From Octopus sinensis (lineage: Eukaryota), in NCBI RefSeq assembly GCF_006345805.1, contig NC_043008.1, positions 20,336,001 through 20,400,000 on the forward strand: 64,000 nucleotides of DNA, read 5' to 3'. This document shows, piece by piece, positions 37,684 through 51,014 of this stretch (its first letter is position 1; the number at the start of each line of letters is the position of its first letter). A program made the position numbers and the translations under genes. The notes under the pieces are model-generated. The model saw only the letters and a list, made by a program, of their open reading frames with translations, ran no database searches and was not told where the DNA came from.

Positions 37684-38231
37684 ATATCAGCTGAAGAGAT
37701 ACTGTATTGTGTGCTTAACAAAATAGTTGTTCAAAAATAAATATCGGCAGCACTGCCCAATGGATGTAATAAAGAATTTTGAAGGGAAATCATATTCTTT
37801 GATTCTTTCATCTTCACTTATACAACACATATGAAGGACCATAAAATCATTTCATGGTGACATTTATTCAGGGTCTGCAAAAATTTGTGTCCGTGTGTTT
37901 GAATGTATGTCTCTAGGATTGACATCATGAAAAGTGAATTTAATTTATTTGAATTTAGTTGGCCCTGCATGACGAAATCTTTTATATAACCGATTGAAAC
38001 AGCTATTATATTTTGATAAACGATGTAAATATTTCATTCGATCCGTTCAAACATTTCATAACACATCTTTCTGTTTTTTAATCTGTTTCCCACTCTCTCT
38101 GTCTCTCTTCCTGTCTCTCTTTTTCCCGTGCATATAATATATGTGTGTGTGTGTGCAAGCTAGAGAGCTTATTTTTCTGATTTAAAAGTTACTCTCTTCA
38201 ACTTATGGAACTAAAAAACAAAAAGCTTTAC

Positions 38232-38271
38232 CTTCATCGAACATGACTAAGTTGTATTCGGATGCAATATG
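38232..38271 (-). CDS. Candidate 40-nt exon HIASEYNLVMFDE
   Basis: CAACAG| acceptor and AAG|GTAAAG donor; phase 0 to 1. Confidence 0.3.
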
Positions 38272-38576
38272 CTGTTGGTGGTTGCGAATGATTGTAATGA
38301 CACATTGTTTTCACACACTAACATTCTGTATATAAAACTGCCTTTCTCTCTCTCTCTCTCTCATCTCTCCTCCATCCCTCTCGTCTCTCCTCTCATCCGC
38401 TCCTCTTCTCTCTTTTCCTGTCGCTCCTCCCTCTCTCTCTAATATCCGCGTATATCAATGTGTGTACCACGCAATTACTTATATATATATATATATAATA
38501 CATACATGGAGCGTGTGTTTTTTATATGTATAGATATATGCGGTCATGCAACTATGATACATTTTATTTTGTATGT

Positions 38577-38982
38577 TTACTCTTTTTTACTTGTTTCAGT
38601 CATTTGACTGCGGCCATGCTGCAGCACCGCCTTTAGTCGAACAAATCGACCCCGGGACTTATTCTTTGTAAGCCCAGTACTTATTCTATCGGTCTCTTTG
38701 GCCGAACCGCTAGGTGACGGGGACGTAAACACACCAGCATCGGTTGTCAAGCAATGCTAGGGTGACAAACACACACACACACAAACACACATACACACAC
38801 ATATATATATACATATATATATATATACATATATACGACAGGCTTCTTTCAGTTTCTGTCTACCAAATCCACTCAGAAGGCATTGGTTGACCCGGGGCTA
38901 TAGCAGAAGACACTTGCCCAAGACTGAACCCGGAACCATGTGGTTGGTTAGCGAGCTACTTACCACACAGCCACTCCTGCGC
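38577..38982 (-). mobile_element. SINE family A
   Basis: Matches the other copies. Confidence 0.9.
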
Positions 38983-39168
38983 TTATATTGAATTCTTAGA
39001 AATCTAGGAAATTTCTTTTTGTTTGAGGTATAAAATGCATTTGAATAATGTGACAGTGTTCTCACAGATTTGCTATATGGAGGAGATCAAATAATTACGT
39101 AGAATATCAAATGTTCAATCACTAAATACAACAAAACAAAGCTGAATTAAATATAATTTGTACATACA

Positions 39169-39585
39169 GGCGCAGGAGTGGCTGTGTGGTAAGTAGCTTG
39201 CTTACAAACCACATGGTTCCGGGTTCAGTCCTACTGCGTGGCACCTTGGGTAAGTTTCTTCTACTATAGCCCTGGGCCGACCAATGCCTTTTGAGTGAAT
39301 TTGGTAGACGGAAACTGAAAGAAGCCTGTCGTATATATGTATATATGTATATATATGTGTGTGTGTGTTTGTGTGTCTGTGTTTGTCCCCCTAGCATTGC
39401 TTGACAACCGATGCTGGTGTGTTTACGTCCCCGTCACTTAGCGGTTCGGCAAAAGAAATCCGATAGAATAAGTACTGGGCTTACAAAGAATAAGTCCTTG
39501 GGGTCGATTTCCTCAACTAAAGATGGTGCTCCAGCATGGCCGCAGTCAAATGACTGAAACAAGTAAAAGAGTATAAAAAGAGTAT
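39169..39585 (+). mobile_element. SINE family A
   Basis: Matches the other copies. Confidence 0.9.
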
Positions 39586-40793
39586 ACAGCTTTATTGGTT
39601 GTTGCATTATGAAGGTACTTGACTCAATGGTTAGAGCGTTGGGCTCACAATCATGAGGTAGTGATTTCGATTCCCATATTGGGCTGCATTGTGCTCTTGA
39701 GCAAGACACTTTATTTCATGTTGTATTACTGACGTTTCTATGACCGACTAGCTCGGCATATGTAACCGATAGATTAAGTTACAGACTTTAAAAATAAAAC
39801 TCAACTGTAGAAATGAATTGTGACGTCACTGGTGCGGAGATTATCGGCGTTTTTCTTTTCCTTGGATAACAGCTGTTGAGAGGGGTGGCTGGTATGCTTG
39901 GGAAACTGCTGCTCTTCTATAGCCACCTTCCCCGGACTTGTGACTTGGATGGTAACATTCTACGTGCCATCCCATGATCATTCATGACCAAATGGGGGGT
40001 CTCTCTCTCTCTCTCTCTTTCTCTCTCTTTCTCGCTGTATTCAAAGTGATAAACTGGCGCTCATCGAGTCTAATCTATCAAATTCCTTTAAAATTGAATA
40101 TGCACACTATTGCAACTTATTTCAGAATGTTTAATCTAATAAAGTCTTTGAGATTTCAACACCTACATTCATACCATTCTCTAATCACTGCTTATACATT
40201 TAGTGGTGATACGTTTACGTTGTCGAAACCAAAAAGAAAAACAAACGAATCAAGATACAATTGGTTTAATTTAAAGTTTACGTTACTTTTTTAAGTTTCA
40301 CAAAATTCAGACGAAATTCTACGAAATTTTGTTGTCAGCTAGAATTTGGTTTCTGAATGAAGATGCTAAAAATAGCGAATTTTAAAGTAATTTCAATTAA
40401 GTCCAATATATGGTTTTGACATCAGGTTAGATGAATTAATTAAAGCAATTAGCCAACATGCAACCAGATAAATTGTAAATACCATTATATGATCGTATAT
40501 TTAACAAAGATATATTTCAATTTAATTTGTAAATACTACGTACGGTCAAGATATATGTTACTTTCGGTACGGAAGAACGAAGAAAGAGTTCATATAACAT
40601 CGCGGATAATTATCAGCTACTCAGATATACATATGTCAACCGATCGGAACAAAACGGCAGTTGCTTGCAGCTACGTGTAAGAAATCTGAGGAAGAGCCGA
40701 TACCGCCATTGTCAATGCCATGCAAATGCGGTAGTTACGCACACACACAACAGACACAGACACACACCCACCCACACACACAACACACACCAC

Positions 40794-40826
<33 letters not shown>

Positions 40827-40859
40827 ATATATAATATATATATATATTATATATATATA

Positions 40860-40898
<39 letters not shown>

Positions 40899-40907
40899 CA
40901 TAGATAT

Positions 40908-40940
<33 letters not shown>

Positions 40941-41379
40941 CGACATATATATACATAGATATAAATATATTATATACATATACATATATTTTACAAAATA
41001 CAGACCCTTTTGAACGCATCTACAACAAACGACATTTCCACCTCGGCCTTAGAATAACACAAACACACACGCAAATATTAAAAGTGATACACTCAAGAGA
41101 TTCATAAGAATACATTACAAACAGTCCCAATCACTGCTATAATCGATAACATACCAATTTTAAGTCACTTGACTATTTAACACCTTACTACTGTCATACT
41201 ACCTACATTCCTTCTTATTCTCCATTCTCTTTCTTCTTCTTCTTCTTCTTCTTCATCATCTTATTCTTATTCTTATTATCTTTATTATTATTCTCTTCCT
41301 CCTTCTCTTCTTCTTCTTCTCCTTCTTCTTATTGCCTACCAAGCATTCACAACGACCTCCAACCCACATGAGTAAACAA

Positions 41380-41575
41380 GAGAGACAGAGACAGGCATAA
41401 ATACGGAAAGTGCCACTTGTATTTGAACACTATGCAAATATTCTTTAAAAACATTTTTCTCTTAATTTCTCCAAAATTTAATTGTTTTCCATACTTATAG
41501 TTGAAAAAGTTTCAATGATTGAAATTGGTACTGAAAATTATTGTAGCATCTTCTATCTTGACTACTTTTTTCCAT
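41380..41575 (+). mobile_element. Decayed copy of the 6818-7262 pLTR family
   Basis: GCCACTTGTATTTGAACACT...TTGAAAAAG...GAAATTGGTACTG...; hammerhead relic at 41498-41533 in which CCGG has become TTGG. Confidence 0.65.
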
Positions 41576-41635
41576 ATATATATATATATATATATATGAG
41601 GTAGAAAATAATTTTAGTGGGAAAACACACGTGGT

Positions 41636-41685
<50 letters not shown>

Positions 41686-41689
41686 AAAG

Positions 41690-42975
41690 AGAGAACATGA
41701 AAAAAAACACTGATTTGTTTTACAGGACTTAAAATATAATATATTAGAGCATGATAATAAAGATATTATACAAGTTTGTACAAAATAAGGTTTTGTTCTT
41801 TAAATATAATTGAAGTAAGGACCCTTTTCGCATTGTTTATCAAACTGACAGTTGAAAAAGGCATATTGCTAGGTGAGATAAATGTTCACTCATTTATTTT
41901 GCTGTAAAGCGGGGGTAAATCTGTAATTTGTATTTTTTGCCTTTTTTGGTGTTCTCTACTTTATTCTGGCTTATATCTAACATTAGATATAGTAATTCCT
42001 TTATTTTTAATATGGGTTCATATTTAATTCTGGTTTATATTTGTGGATAAACGAGGCCTCTTCATTGAGTCTTACTTGTGTTGAGTCCTAGAAGAGATGT
42101 TGATAAAATGGGAAAATTACGAATTCTTGTTTTAATCGTTGTACACATTTGTCAGTTAAGTAATAGCCATACTTAATAATGATGAGTACTACGAAAAAAA
42201 TCAACAATTACACTCGCAAAATAATAATGTAAAACCTCTTTTCAATAAGTCAAACCCATAGAAAAGACTTAACAACTAAACGAAGTCGACTATTTGACAA
42301 ACTTTAAATGTAAACCCAGCCTTTTCTACGGTCTATCTAAAATATACAGAAGCCAAACTATAAACGAGGCCATCAAAATTCTCCAAAGGCGTACATGCAT
42401 ATTCTAGCACCAGGAGACCTAAAACTATGGCTCACTGTCGCTGGACCATCCAGTGAAACACATCGATTAAGTTGCTTTATGGCCATTCGCCTGAAACCAT
42501 TTCTAAAATGTATGTGCATAACGATAAAAACCATTATTCGTAATTTTCCCATTTTACCAACATGACTTCTGGGCATCAACACAAGTAAGACTCAATAAAC
42601 AGGCCTCATTTATCCAAAAATATAAACCAGTATTAAATATGAACCCATATTAAAAATAAAGGACTTACTCCATCTAATTTAAGATATCAGCCAGAATAAA
42701 GTAGAGGACACACAAAAGAAATTAGGTTTACCTCCCTTTTAATGCAAAATAAATGAGTGAATAACTGTCTCACCTAGCCATATATTTTTTGCCTCTAGCA
42801 ATAAAACTTTTCAACTCTCAGATTGATGGGCAATGCAAAACCGATCCTTGCTTCAATTATGTTGAAAGAACAAAACCTTATTTTGTACAAAATGTATAGT
42901 ATCTAGATTATCATGGCTCTATTATACTTCTAAATCCTGTAAAATAAATCGTCTGTGTTTTTTCATCTTTTCCCC
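41690..42975 (+). mobile_element. Old Penelope-clade PLE relic with diverged inverted arms (41690-42150 vs 42500-42975)
   Basis: Plus-strand pieces YMHILAPGDLKL..VAGPSSETHRLS.F..I.LKPFL (RT N-terminal) and RLNKQASFIQKYKPVLN (GIY-YIG C-terminal). Confidence 0.6.
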
Positions 42976-42992
42976 TTCTCTCTCTCTCTCTC

Positions 42993-43077
<85 letters not shown>

Positions 43078-43085
43078 AATATATA

Positions 43086-43118
<33 letters not shown>

Positions 43119-43252
43119 ATATATATATATATTATGTATATATATGTATATATATATTATATATATATTATATTATATTAAATTAGAGACAAAACCACTA
43201 TGTTTATATATATGCATATATATGTATATATATATGTATATATATGTGTATA

Positions 43253-43340
<88 letters not shown>

Positions 43341-43997
43341 TGTAGGTATGTATGTATGTGTGTATGAATTTCAGTATGTATCTATTATCTGTCTGTGTCT
43401 GTACTTGTGTACTTGCAAGTGTGACTGCGTATGAGTTTCTATACGTGTACGTATGTATATGCATGCTTCTATATTGTGGCAGACATTTGCATACATATAT
43501 GCGTTAAGTAAAAGAGAGAACGCACAGGCTGAATATTCTTTCAATGTACTACAAAAGATACATCTAAAATACTGCTCTTAGAAATCGACCTCCCCTTTAT
43601 GGATTGGATGAACGCCTTCAACCAAATAGCAGCAATATAAAATATATGTAGTATTTGAAAATCGTAGATTAAGGTCACGATATCAAATAGTCTGCCAGTC
43701 ATATTTCATTGTGGTTATTTCAAAGTCCAAATTCCGTATTGACCGCATTTTCTTTCTATCATTCCTAGATACAAATATTACATACGTCTTAACTATAAAA
43801 CTTAAGTAAAGTCTTTTGTTGCATGTCAATGCTAACATAGTTTTGGTCGATACAAGCTTCGAATTCTGCATTTTACCTATTTTATTTACGTCAAATACAA
43901 TCTTTACAAGCATCCATATATGTAAAGACTTCAAAGAATGCATATTTATGTAAGTGGACTTCGATTTAACTCTGTATAATGTGGTTACTTTGTACGT

Positions 43998-44088
<91 letters not shown>

Positions 44089-44139
44089 TGTTTGTGTACA
44101 TATATACATGTGTGTGTGTGTGTGCATGCAGATAGATAG

Positions 44140-44449
44140 GTACGTGGCTTAGTGGTTAGGGCATTCGGCTCATGATTGTAAGGTCATGGGTTCACATCAC
44201 GGTGATGCGTTGTGTCCTTGAGCAAGACGCTTTATTTCACGTTGCTCTAGTCCAGTCAGCTAGATGAAATGATCTGTACCTGCATTTCAAAGGGTCAGCC
44301 TCGTCGCACTCTGTGTCACGCTGAATCTTCCTGAGAACTGCGTTAAAATTACACATATCTGTGGAGTTGTCAGCCACTTGCACGTCAATTTCATGAGCAA
44401 GCTGTTCCGTTGATCGTATAAATTAGGACCCTTGCTGTTATAACCGACA
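44140..44449 (+). mobile_element. tRNA-derived SINE, family D (CORE-like centre)
   Basis: GTGGCTTAGTGGTTAGGG head and GTGTCCTTGAGCAAGAC centre; a head fragment also lies at about 39620-39725. Confidence 0.75.
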
Positions 44450-44462
44450 TATGATCCTACTA

Positions 44463-44503
<41 letters not shown>

Positions 44504-44699
44504 CATACACTCTAGCAAACCGGGCAAAATGCTTAGCGTCATTTTATCTGTCTTTACCTTCTAAGTTCAAATTCTATTGAGGTGGAATTTGTCTTTCTTC
44601 CTTTTGGGGTCGATATAATTAGTACCAAGACGAGTTCTGGGGTCGAGTTAATAGATTAGCCACCTCCCCAAAATTATAGGCATTGTGCATATCATAAGA

Positions 44700-45250
44700 A
44701 AGATTTTTATTAATATTATTATTCTTGAACAAGAAGTTTCGGATAGGTAATTCATCAGCGGATTGTGATTTGTTAGAGTTACTCTTGCCTTTGTATAGTC
44801 TCAGTTGAGTTGAAGTCTTCTGAAGGTGTTTGGGTACGAACGGGAGAGGGATTAGAATTTCATGGTCGGTTGCTTTGGTATTTTACGGTCGGAGAAGCAT
44901 TTTGAAAAAAATGATTAATTTTGGGGTTATGTTATTGTTTAAAATTATTCATGAATGTAGAAGCTTGTAAACAAGCCCGTAAGAATTTTTCATTTGTTTG
45001 TTCGACACAAGATGCGACAATGATTTTGTTACTTTTGGTATTACTGGATTTAATCCTTTTGCTTAGAAAATGTAATGATCAAACTCACTTAGGCTTAAAT
45101 ACTGACCTTTGTGCCTTTGACCTTTGCATTGAAAAACAAAAGCCATAAAGATACTGTCACACCTGTCTACTTAACAAAAGCGAACCAACTAAACACTTGT
45201 TTACAAACTTCTCTATACCTGAATAAATCATAAATACTAGCTTAACCACA
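44700..45250 (-). mobile_element. Decayed PLE 3' end (GIY-YIG remnant plus hammerhead-like relic)
   Basis: Pieces SKQKD, ASCVEQT and DHEILI...TQTPS, then CTGATGA...GAAAC downstream; 45080-45240 has a diverged duplicate at about 45700-45870. Confidence 0.4.
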
Positions 45251-46199
45251 AATTCTCTCAATTAAAAGTTCTTCAGAACACCTCTACATACCATCTAATC
45301 ATAAATTCATAATTCTTACCCCACTCAAATCCACAAACTTAGAGAAGACTAATTCTAATGCATCACAATATAAGAATGGCTTAGAATATATTTAAATCGT
45401 TATGTTAGAAAAATGTTATAATTTTTTCTTTATAGTAATATAGTTTTTTGAGAAATAACCGGTTTCGTATTTTCTTTTCAAATTTCTCAAATTTCATTAC
45501 CTATATTGCGTCATGTTTTTGCTATGTTATGAAATACGGAGTTCCTGACGGGGGAAGGTAATCGGGGATATTTTCGGTATTAGGGAGATAATCAAAAAGT
45601 TTGGGAATGACTAGGTTTTAATTAATTTAACATGATTTGGTTGAGAAGGAATAGAATGTTACAAGTGGTTAGGTTTTGTTTTATATTTTTTTCAATGGGC
45701 TTAACTACTAAACTTTGTGCCATTGACCTTTGCATTAAAAAATAAAGGATTAATCAAATTGTATCAAAGGCTATAAAAATACTGTCAAATCTGTCTATTT
45801 AACAAAAGAGAAACAACTAAACACTTGTTTACAAAGTTCTATATACATGGATAAATCATTAGTTAAATTGAGGCCCCTTACTAGGTCGGTATAATCCGCA
45901 CACCCAAACGGATATTAATTGAATGTTGAATAACAAGACACCATGCAAAGGTGTTTGTACCTGATATTCCTGCCATACGTGCAGAGAACGCGAGCCAACT
46001 AAGTGAAGATATCTGCTCTTGGTAATTCAGACATTTACTTTTATAAAGGTACTTTGTATAGTACATTGTTTACATTATTTATAATTGTTGTCAATTTGTT
46101 GTTAACGCGAATTTTCGTCTGATATACCCGCCAAACCTCATCAGGTATCTTGGGGAAATTTCGGACCTGGATTCTCATTCCTAATGTATTTTTAGATGT

Positions 46200-46735
46200 T
46201 GTTGTTGTTATTATAATTATTATCATCATCAACATCATCATCATCATCATCATCATCATTATTATTATTATCATTGAGTGAAAGAGCGGTGCATGCCATC
46301 AAAGTGAGACTGGGGTAAAATATACGAAGCCCAGTATACCAATCAGGACTGCCCGTCTGATAAGGATACTCCAGGCACATGCATCACAGCCATATGTGCG
46401 CGACATGGTGATCCCATATCAAGATAAACAGAACATGACCTTGCAGGTGGGACCCAGTTAGAATTTTCTTCTGGCCGAGTAGCCCATCCAGTTCAAAAGG
46501 TCCCTGAATAAGGATTGTTTAAGGATGTTGAACGAAACACCCATGTTTCCAGAGGTAAATTATTCAAATCTCAAAGAATTCCTCTCAACACATGCCTATG
46601 ATGCTCCCCCACTACTTCTGCTCGTGGTCAGAGATGCACATATCGTCAGCCACTAAGGGACATGGTCAACTGGTTAAGGTCAAACAACTGACAAGCAAAT
46701 CTGTGGTATAGAGCAGAATATCTGTTGTAGCCCAT
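46200..46735 (-). mobile_element. Non-LTR retroposon 3' segment with (AAT/GAT)n tail
   Basis: Relatively GC-rich 470-bp block ending in a trinucleotide tail; family not identified. Confidence 0.45.
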
Positions 46736-46755
46736 ATTATTACTATTATTATTAT

Positions 46756-46797
<42 letters not shown>

Positions 46798-46849
46798 ACT
46801 ACTACTACTACTATTTAGAATGAATATACCGACAAAATAACATGAATCT

Positions 46850-47195
46850 TGGATGGAAAAAGTTGAAGTCTATGACATTTCTCTTTCCTGTCCCTAATCC
46901 ATTTTACTAGATTGTACTCCTCTGCTATTGTCCTTAAACCATGAAATGACTTCCTTGCTGTTGCGCCACAGGGCGAGGTCAGAGGCGTAACTAACGCCGT
47001 TACTGATCTTCCTGAGGAAACGTTTGCTCACCGATCTCAGACTTCGCCGTGTTTATCATCCTGCATTTAGGGTAGGATGTAAAGTTAGGCTCATTATCCT
47101 TGATCTTTATAAAGGCCACTTTCTTCACAAGCGTCTCTACTCTATTTTCTATACGTAGATTAAAAACTATATCTCTGGCCTTCTGGTCAATACTG
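46850..47195 (-). mobile_element. Third Naiad-type RT fragment
   Basis: IDQKARDIVFNLRIENRVETLVKKVAFIKIKDNEPNFTSYPKCRMINTAKSEIG / SKRFLRKI...LWRNSKEVISWFKD aligns by eye with the PLE1 and PLE2 RT N-terminal motifs. Confidence 0.8.
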
Positions 47196-47831
47196 TGTGC
47201 GTGTGTGTGCTAATGTTTCTGTGTATCTCTTATGCCAACCTTCAACGTTCAGCCCTGCACCTGCAGATCAAGCTGAATACCAAGCCGTTGTCCACTTCGT
47301 TATTCATTCGCTTTTAACCGCATATCCTGTCAATTACTGAATATCATTACTTTACAGGAAATAGATTTTCTCACTCTAACATCTTAGCAAATATTCCGTC
47401 TGTCACTTATTGAATTTCCTTTAAAATAAACTCAGCTGTGCTTGCGTTAATACATTTATGCCTATGTCTGTCCGTATTTTACATCATTCCAACCAGGTAA
47501 TTTAGAATATATACGCTATAGACACTTACACATACATACGGGCGCGTATGTATGTGTGTAACTGTGTGTGTGTAATTATAAGATCCAAAGATCTAAGTGT
47601 AGGAAGTTTGTAAGCATCAGCCAATCCGTGAGAGCTCTAAAATCAACGTCCAGGACCAATAATGATTTATTATCGAGTGTTGTAGTTTTTCCGCTATCAA
47701 AGTTTGATAAGCAGACATTATTATTATAGCTTACGGTTAACAATTTGAGTCGCTATGAATGCGTTAAACTAATTCATCTGTTTGTTGTCTACACCACTTG
47801 TCTTCTTTTGTTTCGCTTTTGTGAATGCTCC

Positions 47832-47910
<79 letters not shown>

Positions 47911-48098
47911 GAAATGAAGAAAATGCCGACAAATAATTTAAGTAAGGGAGAGTGTATTTAATTAGGTGAAAGTTATTTTTACCGGTTGCGCATTTGTTAT
48001 ACTTATCAAAATATATTTTTTTAAGAGAGATAGAGTTCATTTCTGATAGATTTTTTTCTCTTATATATATATATATATATACATATATATTAAAAAAA

Positions 48099-48399
48099 GG
48101 GAAGGCCGGTTTATGAAATTACCTTACGTTTCCCGTCCATAAAGGGCTTACTTTATGACGTATTGTCAGATCCCGAAAACATGTTGGCTCATGAGCTCTT
48201 AAAAATATTTTAAGGATACAACGTTCAACTTCTCTCTCTTTCTCTCTTTATTCCCGTTCCTCTGCTTCTTTCCTAACAATCCCACCCAAATTCCACTCCT
48301 AAATCTTTGACTTCTTTTTCTTTTTCTCTTATTCTTAATTATTTTACCCCCTGTGAATTTTTTCTTTAAAGAAATATTTATGCATAAACCGGCCTTCCC
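48099..48399. mobile_element. Candidate MITE with 17-bp terminal inverted repeats
   Basis: GGGAAGGCCGGTTTATG (48099-48115) and CATAAACCGGCCTTCCC (48383-48399); no clear TSD. Confidence 0.35.
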
Positions 48400-48488
48400 C
48401 ACTTTTACTACATACTTCTCTACAATTAGCGTGTGCTTCTTTCGGGTTTATGTATTTTAGAAACGATATATATATATGTGTGTCTGCT

Positions 48489-48550
<62 letters not shown>

Positions 48551-49377
48551 TGCGTGTGTCTGTGTGTAAATATACGGCGAGCTCCTTTAATTTTTCCTCA
48601 AGCAAATTCACTCACAAAGCTTCGGCTGGCCTGACGCTATAGTAGTTAAATCTAGCCCAAGGTGCTACGCAGTGGCACTGAAGCCAGCTTCTTACCACAC
48701 ATCCATACCTAATCAAGTAGAGGCATACCTTAAGGTTATAAAACAAAACATCTGCAAGAAGACACTCATACATATAATGGAGAAAAATCCACTAGATTTT
48801 CAAATATTTTTACTGTAATATATCCATATCTATCACAGCCACATTCATGCATACAAAATCCATGTACACGCAGAGAAAAATTACATTTAAATACGTCATT
48901 ATGCTTGATGCCATGGTGACAGATTCTCATGACATGCCCGGAAATAATATTTGAATATTTCAAAAGAAAAAAAAATCAAATCCGAACACTTCATTTAAAA
49001 GACAAAAATACAAAATTGTCACTGACAGCTACAGTAACAAATGTTAACAGATATTCTTTAAAAAACTGTTATTTATGTATATAACTCCTTGTTTATTTAC
49101 CTATTTGTCCATTGGAATATTTCCTTTTTGCGCAGTCAGCTAGTGAGTCGAGTAACTTAGAATACATAGACAAAAGCGTTAGATTAATATGTCTGATAAA
49201 CTTACTTGGTGGATAAAAATTTCAATATCGAGTAGACATTTTGTTTTTTTCACTTTTGTCTCGTCAACGAATAATTACTGACGTCAATTTGGGGTAATTA
49301 TTTATGCACAGCTAATTATCTTTACATAAATAATGCACATAACCGGAAAAGAAAATTGTATGTATGTATATATATAT

Positions 49378-49854
49378 AATTTTAATATGTGAAAGATGCA
49401 GGTAGAAATAGGAAAGAAGTAAATCTAAGACATTTCAATTCTAAAATGAAACGTCTTAGATTTACCTCTGTGCTCTTTCCACCTCCATCTGATATATATA
49501 TATATTATATATATATATATATATACTAATAAAGGGTTTAGCAAAAGAAATGCATAACCACACACCGAAGTTCAGAAATAGCAGCCAAAATCTGAGCCAT
49601 TTCTTCTACTTTAAAAAAGGGTCTACTATTATTAAGCATTATGGTTTCTCTAGTAGACCCTTTTTTAAAGTAGAAGAAATGGCTTAGATTTTTGGCTGCT
49701 ATTTCTGAACTTCGGTGTGTGGTTATGCATTTCTTTTGCTGAACCCTTTATTAGTATTACTAGAATTTACCGTATAACGGTCCTGTTTTCATACCGAATT
49801 CTACTTGGTGAAATTTATTGATTACTTCGTAATTAATTAGTTTTACCCTTAATT

Positions 49855-49950
<96 letters not shown>

Positions 49951-50071
49951 TGTATATCAGATGGAGGTGGAAAGAGCACAGAGGTAAATCTAAGACATTT
50001 CATTTTAGAAGTGAAATGTCTTAGATTTACTTCTTTCCTATGTCTACCTCCATCTTTCACATATTAAAATT
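49378..50071. repeat. Two nested inverted repeats
   Basis: Outer arms 49378-49496 and 49953-50071 (about 4 mismatches); inner arms 49523-49628 and 49651-49757 (about 3 differences, 22-nt spacer). Confidence 0.9.
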
Positions 50072-50096
50072 TGATTTGTATATATTTCCAACCTTT

Positions 50097-50155
<59 letters not shown>

Positions 50156-50158
<3 letters not shown>

Positions 50159-50349
50159 GGTCCCGGGTTGATTCGGGGTTAACCACAGTAAATAAGGTAC
50201 TCAATACATAGCAGAGTAAAATTAATTTATTATATAGAAGGAGCTTCTACAGGACTAGAACTGTTTCATTCAAGAGAAATCATCAGGAGCTTCCTGATGA
50301 TTTCTCTTGAATGAAACAGTTCTAGTCCTGTAGAAGCTCCTTCTATATA

Positions 50350-50355
<6 letters not shown>
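50156..50355. mobile_element. 200-bp PLE1-family mini-insertion, a perfect 64-bp palindrome plus tail
   Basis: Reverse complement of the PLE1 pLTR end; arms 50225-50288 and 50292-50355; (TA)n on both sides. Confidence 0.9.
50286..50340 (+). ncRNA. Hammerhead ribozyme with canonical CUGAUGA core and 8-bp stem I
   Basis: GGAGCUUC CUGAUGA UUUC ucuu GAAU GAAA CAG..CUG UA GAAGCUCC; predicted cleavage after 50332. Confidence 0.85.
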
Positions 50356-50424
<69 letters not shown>

Positions 50425-51014
50425 TATATATAATACGAAATGGGACAAGAACGCAAAACATCCAGACAGTTGATACAAAAAACGGACAACAAATCATCCA
50501 GACAGACGATACAAAGAAACCAAGGATGGATCATTACGAGCTTTCCATCCTCAGTCGAGTTCCAGATTATCTTTGTAATTTCGGCTGGTTATACTCGAGA
50601 TTGCTCCAATCTGGCCAGCCCCAAGGTAAAAATTTCAAAGGAGTAGCTTAATCGATTTCATAGACTCCGAAAAAATGAAAGACGAAATCGACCCCGGCAA
50701 CATTTGAACTTATGGTGTAAAGACGGATGAAATGCGTCCAAGGCTTCTGCTCCGCGTATTAACGCTTCTGCAGCTCGTTTCCTTATAAAGTCATAATATT
50801 AATTATGCATGCACGCTATATGAGTGCGTACACGTGTGCTATGTGTGCGCGTATATACATGCAAACATACATACATACATATACACACACAGACAGAAAA
50901 AAGACAGACATACAGGCAGACAGACAGATACAGAGACTGATAGAAGTTAGATAGATAGATAGATAATAGAGAGAGAGAGAGAAAGACAGACAGAGAGAGA
51001 CAGATTAGTAGCAC

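Noticed and set aside
46090-46150. Minus-strand CUGAUGA...CAGAC GAAA motif; likewise the GGCUGG/CCAGCC GAAA motif at about 50560-50625
   Set aside because: Stems I and III, or the core itself, are degenerate; likely old pLTR remnants.
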